Positions 48,600 to 58,098 of a stretch of 64,000 bases of DNA are shown piece by piece. Within the stretch, counting starts at the first letter, position 1, and each line of letters starts with the position of its first letter. The position numbers and the translations under genes were made by a program. The DNA lies in sequence record DRR723986_585, one strand, 5' to 3'. The notes under the pieces are model-generated. The model was not told the DNA's origin and did no database searches. It saw only the letters and a list, made by a program, of their open reading frames with translations.

Positions 48600-49940
48600 A
48601 TGAAAATTATAATTACCGGTGGAGGAGCTGTAGGCTACCACATTGCAAAAATGATGGCCAGTGAGGCTCACGATATTTATCTTATAGATGAAAACAAAGA
48701 CCGGCTAAATTATGTTCAATCTCACTTAGATGTATTCGCTATTCATGGAGACGGAAAATCCATCTCTGTATTGAAAGAAGCGAAAATTGAACAGTGTGAT
48801 TTATTAATTGCTGTAACGGCTAATGAAGAGACCAATTTATTGGTATCTATTTTGGCTAAAAAATTTGGAGCAAAACGCACGATTGCAAGAATCAACAACC
48901 TAGAACTACAGCAACAAAGCAATATCGAAATATTTGAATCTTTAGGAATTGACACGATTATCTCACCGGTTCAACTGGCAGCTGAGGAAATCATCAGATT
49001 AGTCGATAATTCTGTATTCACAGATGATCATGAGTTTGAAGATGGAAAATTGACTGTTTTTGGAATTTCCATTGATGATTCAAGTCCACTTAAGAACAAA
49101 ACGATTTCAGAATCCGCCTATCTAAACCCGGATTTATCTTTTAAACCAATTGCATTGCATAGAAAAGAGGAAACAATTATTGTTAACTCTGAAACAACCA
49201 TTAAGGAAGATGATATTGTTTATTTTATCTCAAACGAAGAAGCAATAGATTCTGTCATCAATATTTGCGGAAAGGAGTGTTTTGAAATTCGAAACATAAT
49301 GATCCTCGGAGGAAGCAGCATTGGAGTACTCGCGGCTCAACTCCTTGAAAATCAATATAAAGTTACATTAATTGAAAAAGACAGAGAACTCGCAGAAGAA
49401 ATCGCCGGTAAACTAAAAAATACGCTCGTTTTAAATATAGACGGAAGGGACGTTTCAGCCATTGAAGAAGAAGGTTTGGCAGATATGGATGCCTTTATTG
49501 CAGTTACTGGCGATTCTGAATCCAATATCATGTCCTCATTGGTTGCTAAGAACCATAATGTTAAGAAAACTATCGCGAGGGTCGAGAATATTGACTATAT
49601 CCATCTTTCTCAAAACATAGGAATTGACACCTTAATTAATAAAAAAATCATTGCTGCCAGCAATATTTTCAAGTATGTGAGAAAAGGTGATGTTACCGCA
49701 ATTGCCAATCTACATGGAGTAGATGCTGAGATTATAGAATTCGTTGTAAAACCTAATTCTAAAGTAACGAAGAAACGAATTCGAGACCTTAAATTCCCTA
49801 AAACTGCCAATATTTCGGGTGTTGTTAGAAACAATGTTGGATTCATTCCTTTCGGAGGGTTCCAATTAGAGGCTGGAGACCGTGCTGTTGTTTTTTCATT
49901 GACAGAATCTATTCATAAAATAGAGAAATTCTTTGCTTAG
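48600..49940 (+). CDS. trkA: Trk potassium uptake NAD-binding subunit
   Basis: Two RCK_N/RCK_C pairs (GGGAVG; GGSSIG); -7 box TATCTTTG at 48572-48579. Confidence 0.95.
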   Translation: MKIIITGGGAVGYHIAKMMASEAHDIYLIDENKDRLNYVQSHLDVFAIHGDGKSISVLKEAKIEQCDLLIAVTANEETNLLVSILAKKFGAKRTIARINNLELQQQSNIEIFESLGIDTIISPVQLAAEEIIRLVDNSVFTDDHEFEDGKLTVFGISIDDSSPLKNKTISESAYLNPDLSFKPIALHRKEETIIVNSETTIKEDDIVYFISNEEAIDSVINICGKECFEIRNIMILGGSSIGVLAAQLLENQYKVTLIEKDRELAEEIAGKLKNTLVLNIDGRDVSAIEEEGLADMDAFIAVTGDSESNIMSSLVAKNHNVKKTIARVENIDYIHLSQNIGIDTLINKKIIAASNIFKYVRKGDVTAIANLHGVDAEIIEFVVKPNSKVTKKRIRDLKFPKTANISGVVRNNVGFIPFGGFQLEAGDRAVVFSLTESIHKIEKFFA

Positions 49941-51407
49941 ATGGCGAAAAGCATCATTAACGGACAAGTAATTACTCATGTTGTAGCAAACATAATTATC
50001 ATCATGGGAATTCTAATGCTCCCAGCTTTAGGATTTTCAGCATATTATGAGGGGTCAGATTTTTACCCTATCCTCTACTCTTCCTTACTTACACTAGTAA
50101 TTGGTTTTAGTTTAAGGTTCATTACTAGAAAAAGTAAAGATGCAGAAATTAAAAAGCGAGATGGTTATTTAATTGTAACCTCTTCCTGGGTTGCCATGGC
50201 GGTATTTGGAACACTTCCCTATTTATTCAGTTCAGCTATTCCTGATATTTCCTTTGCCTTTTTCGAATCCATGTCTGGATTAACAACCACGGGAGCAACA
50301 ATTTTGGATGATATAGAATCATTACCGCACGGTATTCTATTTTGGAGAAGCATGACGCAATGGATCGGAGGAATGGGAATCATTGTTCTTACTATCGCTA
50401 TTTTACCTCTTTTAGGTATTGGAGGAATGGAATTATTTGTTGCCGAAGCTCCAGGCCCAACTAAAGACAAAATCCATCCAAGAATTAAAGAAACGGCTAA
50501 AAGATTATGGTTCATTTATTTAATTCTTACGATTACAGAAACTATTATCCTCATGTTTTGTGGGATGAACTTTTTTGATGCTATTAATCATTCTTTAACG
50601 ACCAATTCAACTGGTGGATTCTCCACTAAACAAGATAGTGTTGCTGCCTTTAATTCACCCCTAATTGAAGGCGTGATTATGTTTTTCATGTTTGTTGCAG
50701 GTACAAACTTTACACTAATTTATTTCGGCTTTAAAGGAAAGTTTAACCGCTTTTGGAACAATGATGAGTTCAAATGGTACTTGGGAGCGGTAATTGGCCT
50801 CATTATCATCTTGACACCTATCGTATTTTTCCAAACCGATATTTCTTTTGTTAGAGCAATAAGAGATGTTTCTTTCCAAGTTGTGAGTATCATTACAACC
50901 ACAGGCTATGCCACTGCCGACTTTACCCTTTGGGGACCACTAGCGACATTTGTATTCTTTTTAATGTTATTCTCAGGAGCATCCGCTGGTTCTACTTCAG
51001 GTGGAATTAAAATTGTTCGAATTGTTTTATTAATGAAAAATGGATTTCTTGAGTTTAAAAAACGTCTGCATCCTAGTGCAATTCTTCCAGTACACTTGAA
51101 CAAACAAACCGTTCCTCCTAAAATTATTTATAATCTTTTGGCTTTTATTTTTCTCTATCTATTCGTGTTCACAATCGGCGCACTAGCTATGACGGCCTTA
51201 GGAGAAACTTTTGATGTGGCGTTGTCTTCTGTTGCTACCTCTTTAGGTAATGTTGGACCAGGCATTGCAGAAATTGGACCTGCTAATACTTTTTCTGAAA
51301 TTTCAGATCCAGGAAAATGGATATTATCCTTTCTAATGTTGTTTGGTCGTTTAGAATTGTTTACAGTAGCTCTACTGCTAACTCCCTACTATTGGCGAAG
51401 AAATTAA
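49941..51407 (+). CDS. trkH: Trk potassium uptake membrane subunit
   Basis: FESMSGLTTTGAT, STGGFS, TTTGY, GSTSGGIK, LGNVGPG, GRLEL. Confidence 0.96.
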   Translation: MAKSIINGQVITHVVANIIIIMGILMLPALGFSAYYEGSDFYPILYSSLLTLVIGFSLRFITRKSKDAEIKKRDGYLIVTSSWVAMAVFGTLPYLFSSAIPDISFAFFESMSGLTTTGATILDDIESLPHGILFWRSMTQWIGGMGIIVLTIAILPLLGIGGMELFVAEAPGPTKDKIHPRIKETAKRLWFIYLILTITETIILMFCGMNFFDAINHSLTTNSTGGFSTKQDSVAAFNSPLIEGVIMFFMFVAGTNFTLIYFGFKGKFNRFWNNDEFKWYLGAVIGLIIILTPIVFFQTDISFVRAIRDVSFQVVSIITTTGYATADFTLWGPLATFVFFLMLFSGASAGSTSGGIKIVRIVLLMKNGFLEFKKRLHPSAILPVHLNKQTVPPKIIYNLLAFIFLYLFVFTIGALAMTALGETFDVALSSVATSLGNVGPGIAEIGPANTFSEISDPGKWILSFLMLFGRLELFTVALLLTPYYWRRN

Positions 51408-51470
51408 CGACTTTAGGAGACTTTTCAACATTGATCAATCCTTGTGCTTATTCTCGTAGCTTTGTTCTAA

Positions 51471-53561
51471 GTGCAAAGTCCTCAAGAAATATTAAAAAGT
51501 GTATTCGGTTACAACGAGTTTCGTCCATTTCAACAAGAAATAATTGAACATGCTTTAGCCAATCAAGACGGTCTTGCGATTATGCCTACGGGTGGGGGAA
51601 AGTCTATCTGTTTTCAAATTCCAGCGATATTAAAACCTGACGTTACCTTAGTTATTTCACCATTGATTTCTCTCATGAAAGACCAAGTGGATGCATTAAG
51701 GGCAAATGGTGTTGAAACCGCATTTTACAACAGCTCTATTTCGGACGCAGAAAAGCAGGAGATTTATTCAAAGGCCGTTAATAGTCAACTGAAATTGCTA
51801 TATCTTTCACCAGAAACACTCGTTGGAGGAATAGATTGGTTGCAACGAATTCCAATTAGTATGATTGCGATTGATGAAGCGCACTGCGTTTCAATGTGGG
51901 GACACGATTTTAGACCTGAGTATCAGCAAATTGGGCAACTAAGAAAGCATTTTAGCAATGTTCCATTCATGGCTTTTACGGCAACTGCCGATAAGATTAC
52001 TCGGTCTGACATCATTGAAAAACTTGCTTTAGAGCATCCTTCAACATTCATCTCTTCATTTGACAGACCAAATTTATCTCTGGCCGTAAGATCTCAGATA
52101 CCGAAAAAACAAAAAGAGAAAGAAATCGTCTCATTTATTAAGCAAAGAGTTGATGAAGCTGGAATTATCTATTGTTTGAGCAGAAAAGAAACCGAATCAT
52201 GGTCTAATTTCCTCAACTCAGCAGGAATAAATAGTCGGTATTATCACGCAGGGTTATCGTCACAAGAAAGAGACGCAATTCAAGATGGATTTATTAATGA
52301 CCAGTACCAAGTAATATGTGCTACCATTGCTTTCGGGATGGGGATAGACAAATCTAATGTGCGCTGGGTAATCCACAATAATTTGCCTAAAAATATTGAA
52401 GGATACTATCAGGAGATTGGAAGAGCTGGCAGGGATGGAATGCCAAGTGACACTATTCTTTACTATAACTATAGAGATGTTGTTTTATTGAATGATTTCG
52501 TACAAGACAGCGAATTTAAGGACGTTTATCATGAAAAGATAAACCGGATGCTTAAGTATGCAGAAGCAAGTGCCTGTAGACGAAAGATTTTACTGGCTTA
52601 TTTTGGAGAACATTTAACGGAAGATTGCGGAAATTGTGACATCTGCAACGATCCTCCTGCATTTATTGATGGCAAAATTATAGCACAAAAAGCGATTTCT
52701 GCGTCCCTTAGATCAAAAGAACAATTGGGTATCAACCTAATGATCAATGTTTTAAGAGGAGCAAAAACTATTGAAATTTTTGAAAAAAATCTTGACAAAA
52801 TAAAGACCTATGGTGCCGGATCGGAATATTCTTTCAAGCAATGGCAGCATTTTATCAATCATTTAATCAATCAAGGAGTGTTTGAAATTGCTTATGATGA
52901 AAACCTTCATCTCAAAGTGTCGGATTTAGGCAAGGCCATTGTGGAATCTAAACAATCCATCCAGTTGACAGAATTCTCTGAAAAAACTACTAAATCAACG
53001 AAAAAGAAAACCTCAGACAAAGCCGGAGATAATGAAGTTCTTTCTAAACTTAAAGCATGGCGTAAAGAAATTGCAGCAAAAAATAAGGTGCCAGCATATG
53101 TCATTTTTCATGACGCTACACTCAATCAATTAGCACAAGACTTGCCACTCAGCATTAATGATTTAGCCGATATTCAGGGATTCGGAAAGGTGAAGATTGA
53201 TCGGTTTGGATCTGATGTATTGGGCATTATTAAAAACTCCTCGTCCAAAATATCAACTTATGAAAAAACGCTACTTCTGCATGAAAAGGGCTTGAATTTA
53301 GAGCAAATTGCAAGTGAACGGGGAATCAGTCCTCAAACTGTAATGAATCATTTGATTAAGCTTTTTGAAGAAGGAAAACCGGTCAATTTGTATCGATTTG
53401 TAACAGAGTTTGAAGTTCAACAAATCAAAACCATCAGAAAAAAGCTTGGAAACACATTTCAACTCAAACCAATATTTGATGGACTTTCAGGAGAAATTGA
53501 TTATGGAAAAATTAATGCTGCTATAGCAATTCTAGAGAAACAGAAAAAACAAATTAACTAG
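51471..53561 (+). CDS. recQ: DNA helicase RecQ (helicase, Zn/RQC, HRDC, C-terminal HTH)
   Basis: PTGGGKS, DEAHCVSMWGHDFRP, YYQEIGRAGRDG, CRR...CGNCDIC, VPAYVIFHDATL; GTG start. Confidence 0.95.
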   Translation: MQSPQEILKSVFGYNEFRPFQQEIIEHALANQDGLAIMPTGGGKSICFQIPAILKPDVTLVISPLISLMKDQVDALRANGVETAFYNSSISDAEKQEIYSKAVNSQLKLLYLSPETLVGGIDWLQRIPISMIAIDEAHCVSMWGHDFRPEYQQIGQLRKHFSNVPFMAFTATADKITRSDIIEKLALEHPSTFISSFDRPNLSLAVRSQIPKKQKEKEIVSFIKQRVDEAGIIYCLSRKETESWSNFLNSAGINSRYYHAGLSSQERDAIQDGFINDQYQVICATIAFGMGIDKSNVRWVIHNNLPKNIEGYYQEIGRAGRDGMPSDTILYYNYRDVVLLNDFVQDSEFKDVYHEKINRMLKYAEASACRRKILLAYFGEHLTEDCGNCDICNDPPAFIDGKIIAQKAISASLRSKEQLGINLMINVLRGAKTIEIFEKNLDKIKTYGAGSEYSFKQWQHFINHLINQGVFEIAYDENLHLKVSDLGKAIVESKQSIQLTEFSEKTTKSTKKKTSDKAGDNEVLSKLKAWRKEIAAKNKVPAYVIFHDATLNQLAQDLPLSINDLADIQGFGKVKIDRFGSDVLGIIKNSSSKISTYEKTLLLHEKGLNLEQIASERGISPQTVMNHLIKLFEEGKPVNLYRFVTEFEVQQIKTIRKKLGNTFQLKPIFDGLSGEIDYGKINAAIAILEKQKKQIN

Positions 53562-54585
53562 CAATTTCGCCTTCTTCAGACAGCATGATGGCAATTCCAC
53601 GCGTTTTTGGAAAATGATTAAAGACTATCATCAAAGTGACAGTGATTGGTACACATAAAAACATTCCGGCAATTCCCCAAATCGCGCTCCAAAAAGTCAA
53701 TGACAGCAGAACCACCAAGGGACTTAAATTAACTGATTTACCTACTATTTTTGGTTCTAGGATATTGCCAAAAATGATTTGAATTCCCAATAAAACGCCT
53801 AATAAGACTGAAACCGTTACCAAGTCTTCAGTTTGTAATAGATATATTAATACTGGAAACAATACAGAAGCGAAGGCACCAATAAATGGAATAAAACTGA
53901 GTAAAAATGTTAAAAACGCCCATAAAAATGCAAATTCTACTTCAAAGAAAAACAAGACGATATAGGTAATTACAGAAACAACCAAAGATAATATGGACTT
54001 GGTGGCAATATAAGCGTGGACAGAATCATCAATCTTATCAATTACTTCAGAGAAATTATTCCGTTGTTCACTCGTTGCGAATAGTTTTCTGATCTTTTTC
54101 GTGAAAGAACGTTGTTCTAAAATCAAGAATAACACATAAAATATCACTACCATTAAAGCGCTAATAAAGTCAAGTGAAGAACTTAAAAACCCTGATGCAT
54201 AAGACGATAAGTCTAGTTCTTGACTCATATCACTTAAAGAAGTCACATTGAGTTTTTCCCCAACTACTTTTACATACTTCGAAAATTTGGCACTGTATTC
54301 TGGTAGCACCTTTTCTAAATTATTGAGGTTGGCCTTTAGCATCACCCCTATTAGCCAACATACTCCTCCAAAAATGGAAACGGCTGTCCAGTTTTGGATA
54401 GATCGTGGTAACCTTTTTCCCTTGATTTTTATTCGCGCTATTAATTTTCGAATGGAATTAATCAAATACCAAACTAATAAGGCTAATACGAATGGAATAA
54501 ATATATTCTGTCCGATAAATAGTCCCAATATTATCAATGATAACAATAGAATATTAAAGACAGGATGATATTTTTTGTTTTCCAT
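53554..54585 (-). CDS. AI-2E family transporter
   Basis: Multi-TM; FIPFIG, GNILEPKIVGKSVNLSP, WGIAGMFLCVP. Confidence 0.92.
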   Translation of the reverse strand: MENKKYHPVFNILLLSLIILGLFIGQNIFIPFVLALLVWYLINSIRKLIARIKIKGKRLPRSIQNWTAVSIFGGVCWLIGVMLKANLNNLEKVLPEYSAKFSKYVKVVGEKLNVTSLSDMSQELDLSSYASGFLSSSLDFISALMVVIFYVLFLILEQRSFTKKIRKLFATSEQRNNFSEVIDKIDDSVHAYIATKSILSLVVSVITYIVLFFFEVEFAFLWAFLTFLLSFIPFIGAFASVLFPVLIYLLQTEDLVTVSVLLGVLLGIQIIFGNILEPKIVGKSVNLSPLVVLLSLTFWSAIWGIAGMFLCVPITVTLMIVFNHFPKTRGIAIMLSEEGEIAS

Positions 54586-54658
54586 ATCTGTGAAGATAGA
54601 AAAATACTGTGCTAATTACTCAGTAAATTTCTGTATTTTCGTCTACAAAATATATAAT

Positions 54659-55027
54659 ATGAAAAAATACTATTTATTCTTGATTTTTGCGTTTGGATTA
54701 ATGCTTACATCATGTGGAGGAAATGAAGAAGAAACGGAAACTACTGAAGAAACTAGTGAGTTGGTTGCAGATCACGAATGCTGCTCTGAAGAGTGTGGTG
54801 ATGATTGTGAAATCCATGCTGAAGAAAAGAAAAACTGTGAGAAAAAGTGTAACAAGGGAGATAAAGCTTGTTGCGATAAGGATGGAAAAAAATGTGATAA
54901 AGAAGGAAAAACTTGTGACAAAGACAAGACTACCATTGAAGAAGGTGTAGATAAGATCGAAGAAGGAATCGACAAAGTAGAAAACGGAATTGATGCCGTA
55001 GGAGAAAAAGTTGACGAAGTATTTTAA
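54659..55027 (+). CDS. Cys-rich, charged lipoprotein with heptad repeats
   Basis: MKKYY signal, lipobox LTSC; 10 Cys in a 48-aa stretch; TATTTTCG box at 54634-54641. Confidence 0.8.
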   Translation: MKKYYLFLIFAFGLMLTSCGGNEEETETTEETSELVADHECCSEECGDDCEIHAEEKKNCEKKCNKGDKACCDKDGKKCDKEGKTCDKDKTTIEEGVDKIEEGIDKVENGIDAVGEKVDEVF

Positions 55028-55048
55028 TCCATTAAATAATTAATAATG

Positions 55049-55080
55049 AACTTCTTTGGGTTTGCCTGAAGAAGTTTTTT
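55049..55080 (+). terminator. Intrinsic terminator
   Basis: AACTTCTT/AAGAAGTT stem followed by a T-run. Confidence 0.65.
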
Positions 55081-55091
55081 AATACCTAAAA

Positions 55092-55877
55092 ATGAAGACG
55101 AAAGAAGAGATTGTAAAGGATTGGCTGACCAGATATACAGGAACGGCATTAGAAGATTTTGGCGAGTATATTTTACTTACAAATTTTCAGGGGTATTTGA
55201 AAATTTTTGCAGAATTATACAATGCTGAAATAAAAGGTAATGACAAAGCCATGCCAACAGCTACTGCAAATGGAATTACCATGATTAATTTCACAATGGG
55301 CTCAGCGAATGCCGCAACAATTATGGATTTATTAAGTGCCATATCACCGAAGGCATGTTTATTTTTAGGTAAATGTGGAGGATTAAAAAAGAAAACAGCC
55401 ATTGGTGATTTAATTTTGCCTATCGCGGCGATTCGAGGAGAAGGAACTTCCACTGACTATTTTCCGAGCGAAGTTCCTGCCCTACCCGCCTTTACTTTAC
55501 AACGTGCGGTTTCTACAACGATTAGAGAGCATAATAAAGATTATTGGACGGGAACTGTTTATACTACAAACAGAAGAGTTTGGGAACATGATGATGAATT
55601 TAAAGCATACTTGCGTAAAGTACGAGCTATGGCAATTGACATGGAGACGGCTACACTTTTTGTAACTGGTTTTCATAATCGGATTCCTACTGGAGCATTG
55701 CTGCTCGTTTCTGACCAACCAATGGTTCCTGAAGGAGTTAAGACCTCTCAAAGTGACAAATTAGTTTCATCAAGTTTCGTAGACGAGCATATCAAAATAG
55801 GAGTTCAATCGCTTGAAGAAATTAAAAACAATGGTACTTCCGTAAGACACTTGAAGTTCCCATATTCAGAGGACTAA
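55092..55877 (+). CDS. amn: AMP nucleosidase (short Bacteroidota type)
   Basis: YILLTNF, MGSANAAT, FLGKCGGL, AIRGEGTS, AIDMETA, LLVSD. Confidence 0.9.
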   Translation: MKTKEEIVKDWLTRYTGTALEDFGEYILLTNFQGYLKIFAELYNAEIKGNDKAMPTATANGITMINFTMGSANAATIMDLLSAISPKACLFLGKCGGLKKKTAIGDLILPIAAIRGEGTSTDYFPSEVPALPAFTLQRAVSTTIREHNKDYWTGTVYTTNRRVWEHDDEFKAYLRKVRAMAIDMETATLFVTGFHNRIPTGALLLVSDQPMVPEGVKTSQSDKLVSSSFVDEHIKIGVQSLEEIKNNGTSVRHLKFPYSED

Positions 55878-55881
55878 TAAA

Positions 55882-57099
55882 ATGGGATTTCTTAGCCCAT
55901 CTTATCCCAAATTTGCGTCAGAATCTGATTCAGTAAAATTTAATCTGATTTGGAGATTATCAATCATAGGTGTTGGTATATTAGCTTTATTGACCACTGT
56001 ATTCTTTTTTGATGAATCTTCAGCTAAATACACTTATTTAACAGGCCTATGCCTCTGTGTTTTCGGCGTGTTTTATCTCGCAAAAACCAAAAATTATCAC
56101 GTTTTGTATTTGGTATATGCCACGGTGGGCAGCCTGGTTATTCAAATTGACACTAATGTAACATTAGACACCCCCCATTTAGCAAATTATTTCTGGATTT
56201 TGCTGATCGTTATCATGACCGTGTTTGGATGCAATTTGAAGATTGCCCTATTCTTTGCTGTACTCAATACACTTGGTGTTATCTATTATGCCAATTTCAC
56301 TATGGCTGAGCATTATGAAGTGATGCACTCAGTATCATATATCAATGGGTTTGCCGTGAGTCTTGAAATGGCCTGTTTGTGCCTTTTTATTAGTTATATC
56401 ATCTACCTATTCGCAGATCTGAGAATCAAAGCTGAAAGTCAGTTGCTAGATAAAAATGCGAAACTGGAGGAATCCTATGATCTTATTTTAAAGGGTAACA
56501 AAGAGAAAAATATTCTTGTTAAAGAAATTCATCACCGGGTTAAAAACAATTTGCAAATCATCATCAGTTTATTACGGTTACAAATGACTGAAGTGCGGAA
56601 CCTTGAGGCTAAAGAGCATTTTTCTGAAGCAATAAATCGCGTCATGGTGATGTCATCAATCCATCAAAAATTATATCAAGAAAAAGACATAACTGAATTC
56701 AGTTTGCAAGACTATGTCTCAGAGTTATCGCAAGACTTAAAGATGTTTTTCTCAGAGGAATTCCCCATTGATTTTAAGATAAACATTGATTATGAAAATA
56801 TGGACCTAAAAACAGTGGTACCGCTTGGATTAATACTTAACGAACTCCTATCCAATTCATTTAAATATGCCTTTGAAGAAATGAATAAGGGTCAGATTGA
56901 AATCACAATCACGAAAATTTCTGACGGGTTTGAGATGACATATTCAGATAACGGTCATTGGAAAGATAATTCCAAAAATGAATCTGGTTTTGGTTTAGAG
57001 TTAATTGATATATTAACAGAACAATTGAACGGAACCAAATCATTAACGACCAATGATTCAGGGACGTCCTATATTTTTAATTTTAAACCTGAACTTTAA
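55882..57099 (+). CDS. Membrane sensor histidine kinase, HisKA_2 type
   Basis: N-terminal multi-TM region; EIHHRVKNNLQII, IHQKLY, NELLSNSFKYAF, GFGLELI. Confidence 0.9.
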   Translation: MGFLSPSYPKFASESDSVKFNLIWRLSIIGVGILALLTTVFFFDESSAKYTYLTGLCLCVFGVFYLAKTKNYHVLYLVYATVGSLVIQIDTNVTLDTPHLANYFWILLIVIMTVFGCNLKIALFFAVLNTLGVIYYANFTMAEHYEVMHSVSYINGFAVSLEMACLCLFISYIIYLFADLRIKAESQLLDKNAKLEESYDLILKGNKEKNILVKEIHHRVKNNLQIIISLLRLQMTEVRNLEAKEHFSEAINRVMVMSSIHQKLYQEKDITEFSLQDYVSELSQDLKMFFSEEFPIDFKINIDYENMDLKTVVPLGLILNELLSNSFKYAFEEMNKGQIEITITKISDGFEMTYSDNGHWKDNSKNESGFGLELIDILTEQLNGTKSLTTNDSGTSYIFNFKPEL

Positions 57100-57102
57100 C
57101 AC

Positions 57103-58098
57103 ATGACGGATAGAAGAAAGTTTATAAAAATTGGCACAATTGGAAGTTTAGCATTAATTACCGGAACTTCCTGCCAAGAAACTGAGGAAATAAAAGAAGA
57201 AATTACTGGAAACCTTAATGCAGTTAAACCAATTGCAATTTCTACTTGGAATCATGGTGTTCAGGCGAATGAAGCTGCATGGAAAATATTAGCAAAAAAA
57301 GGAAGTGCCCTAGATGCCGTTGAAGCAGGAGTTCGAGTTACTGAATCTGACCCTGAAAATATGAGCGTTGGTTTAGGAGGACTGCCCGATAGAGAGGGAA
57401 AAGTTACCCTGGATGCCTGTATCATGAACCATAACAACGAATGCGGGTCTGTAGCCTTTTTACAGGAAATTGAAAATCCTATTTCAGTAGCTAGAAAAGT
57501 AATGGAAGAAACTGAGCACGTAATGTTAGTTGGTGAAGGAGCAAAACAATTTGCTTTAAGCCAAGGGTTTACAACTAAAAATCTGTTAACGGAAGCCGCA
57601 AAAAAAGAATGGCAAAAGTGGTTAGAGACTTCTCAATATGAAACGATTATTAACAGTGAGAATCATGATACCATAGGCATGCTCGCACTTGATGAAGAGG
57701 GAAATTTGGCAGGTGCTTGCACAACTAGTGGAATGGCTTATAAAATTCACGGTCGAGTTGGTGATTCACCCATAATCGGAGCCGGTTTATTTGTTGACAA
57801 CGAAGTGGGTGCTGCATGCGCAACAGGTGTAGGAGAAGCGGTTATCAGAGTTGCCGGATCGGCAATGATTGTAGAGCTGATGAGACAAGGAAAAACTCCT
57901 CAAGAAGCTTGTGAAGAAATGGTTAATCGAATTATTAGCAAACACAAAAACATAGATGGTTTACAAGTTGGGTTTATTGCCCTAAATAAGAGAGGCGAAT
58001 ATGGAGCTCACAGTGTTTACGCAGGATTTAACATGGCCATTAAGTCAAATCAAAATGACGATCTGATTGATGCGAGCTATGAGAATGAATGGGATTAG
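57103..58098 (+). CDS. N(4)-(beta-N-acetylglucosaminyl)-L-asparaginase (Ntn hydrolase)
   Basis: STWN.G, SVGLGGLPD, autocleavage NHD|TIG, GRVGDSPIIGAG, ATGVGE; Tat motif RRKFIK. Confidence 0.92.
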   Translation: MTDRRKFIKIGTIGSLALITGTSCQETEEIKEEITGNLNAVKPIAISTWNHGVQANEAAWKILAKKGSALDAVEAGVRVTESDPENMSVGLGGLPDREGKVTLDACIMNHNNECGSVAFLQEIENPISVARKVMEETEHVMLVGEGAKQFALSQGFTTKNLLTEAAKKEWQKWLETSQYETIINSENHDTIGMLALDEEGNLAGACTTSGMAYKIHGRVGDSPIIGAGLFVDNEVGAACATGVGEAVIRVAGSAMIVELMRQGKTPQEACEEMVNRIISKHKNIDGLQVGFIALNKRGEYGAHSVYAGFNMAIKSNQNDDLIDASYENEWD

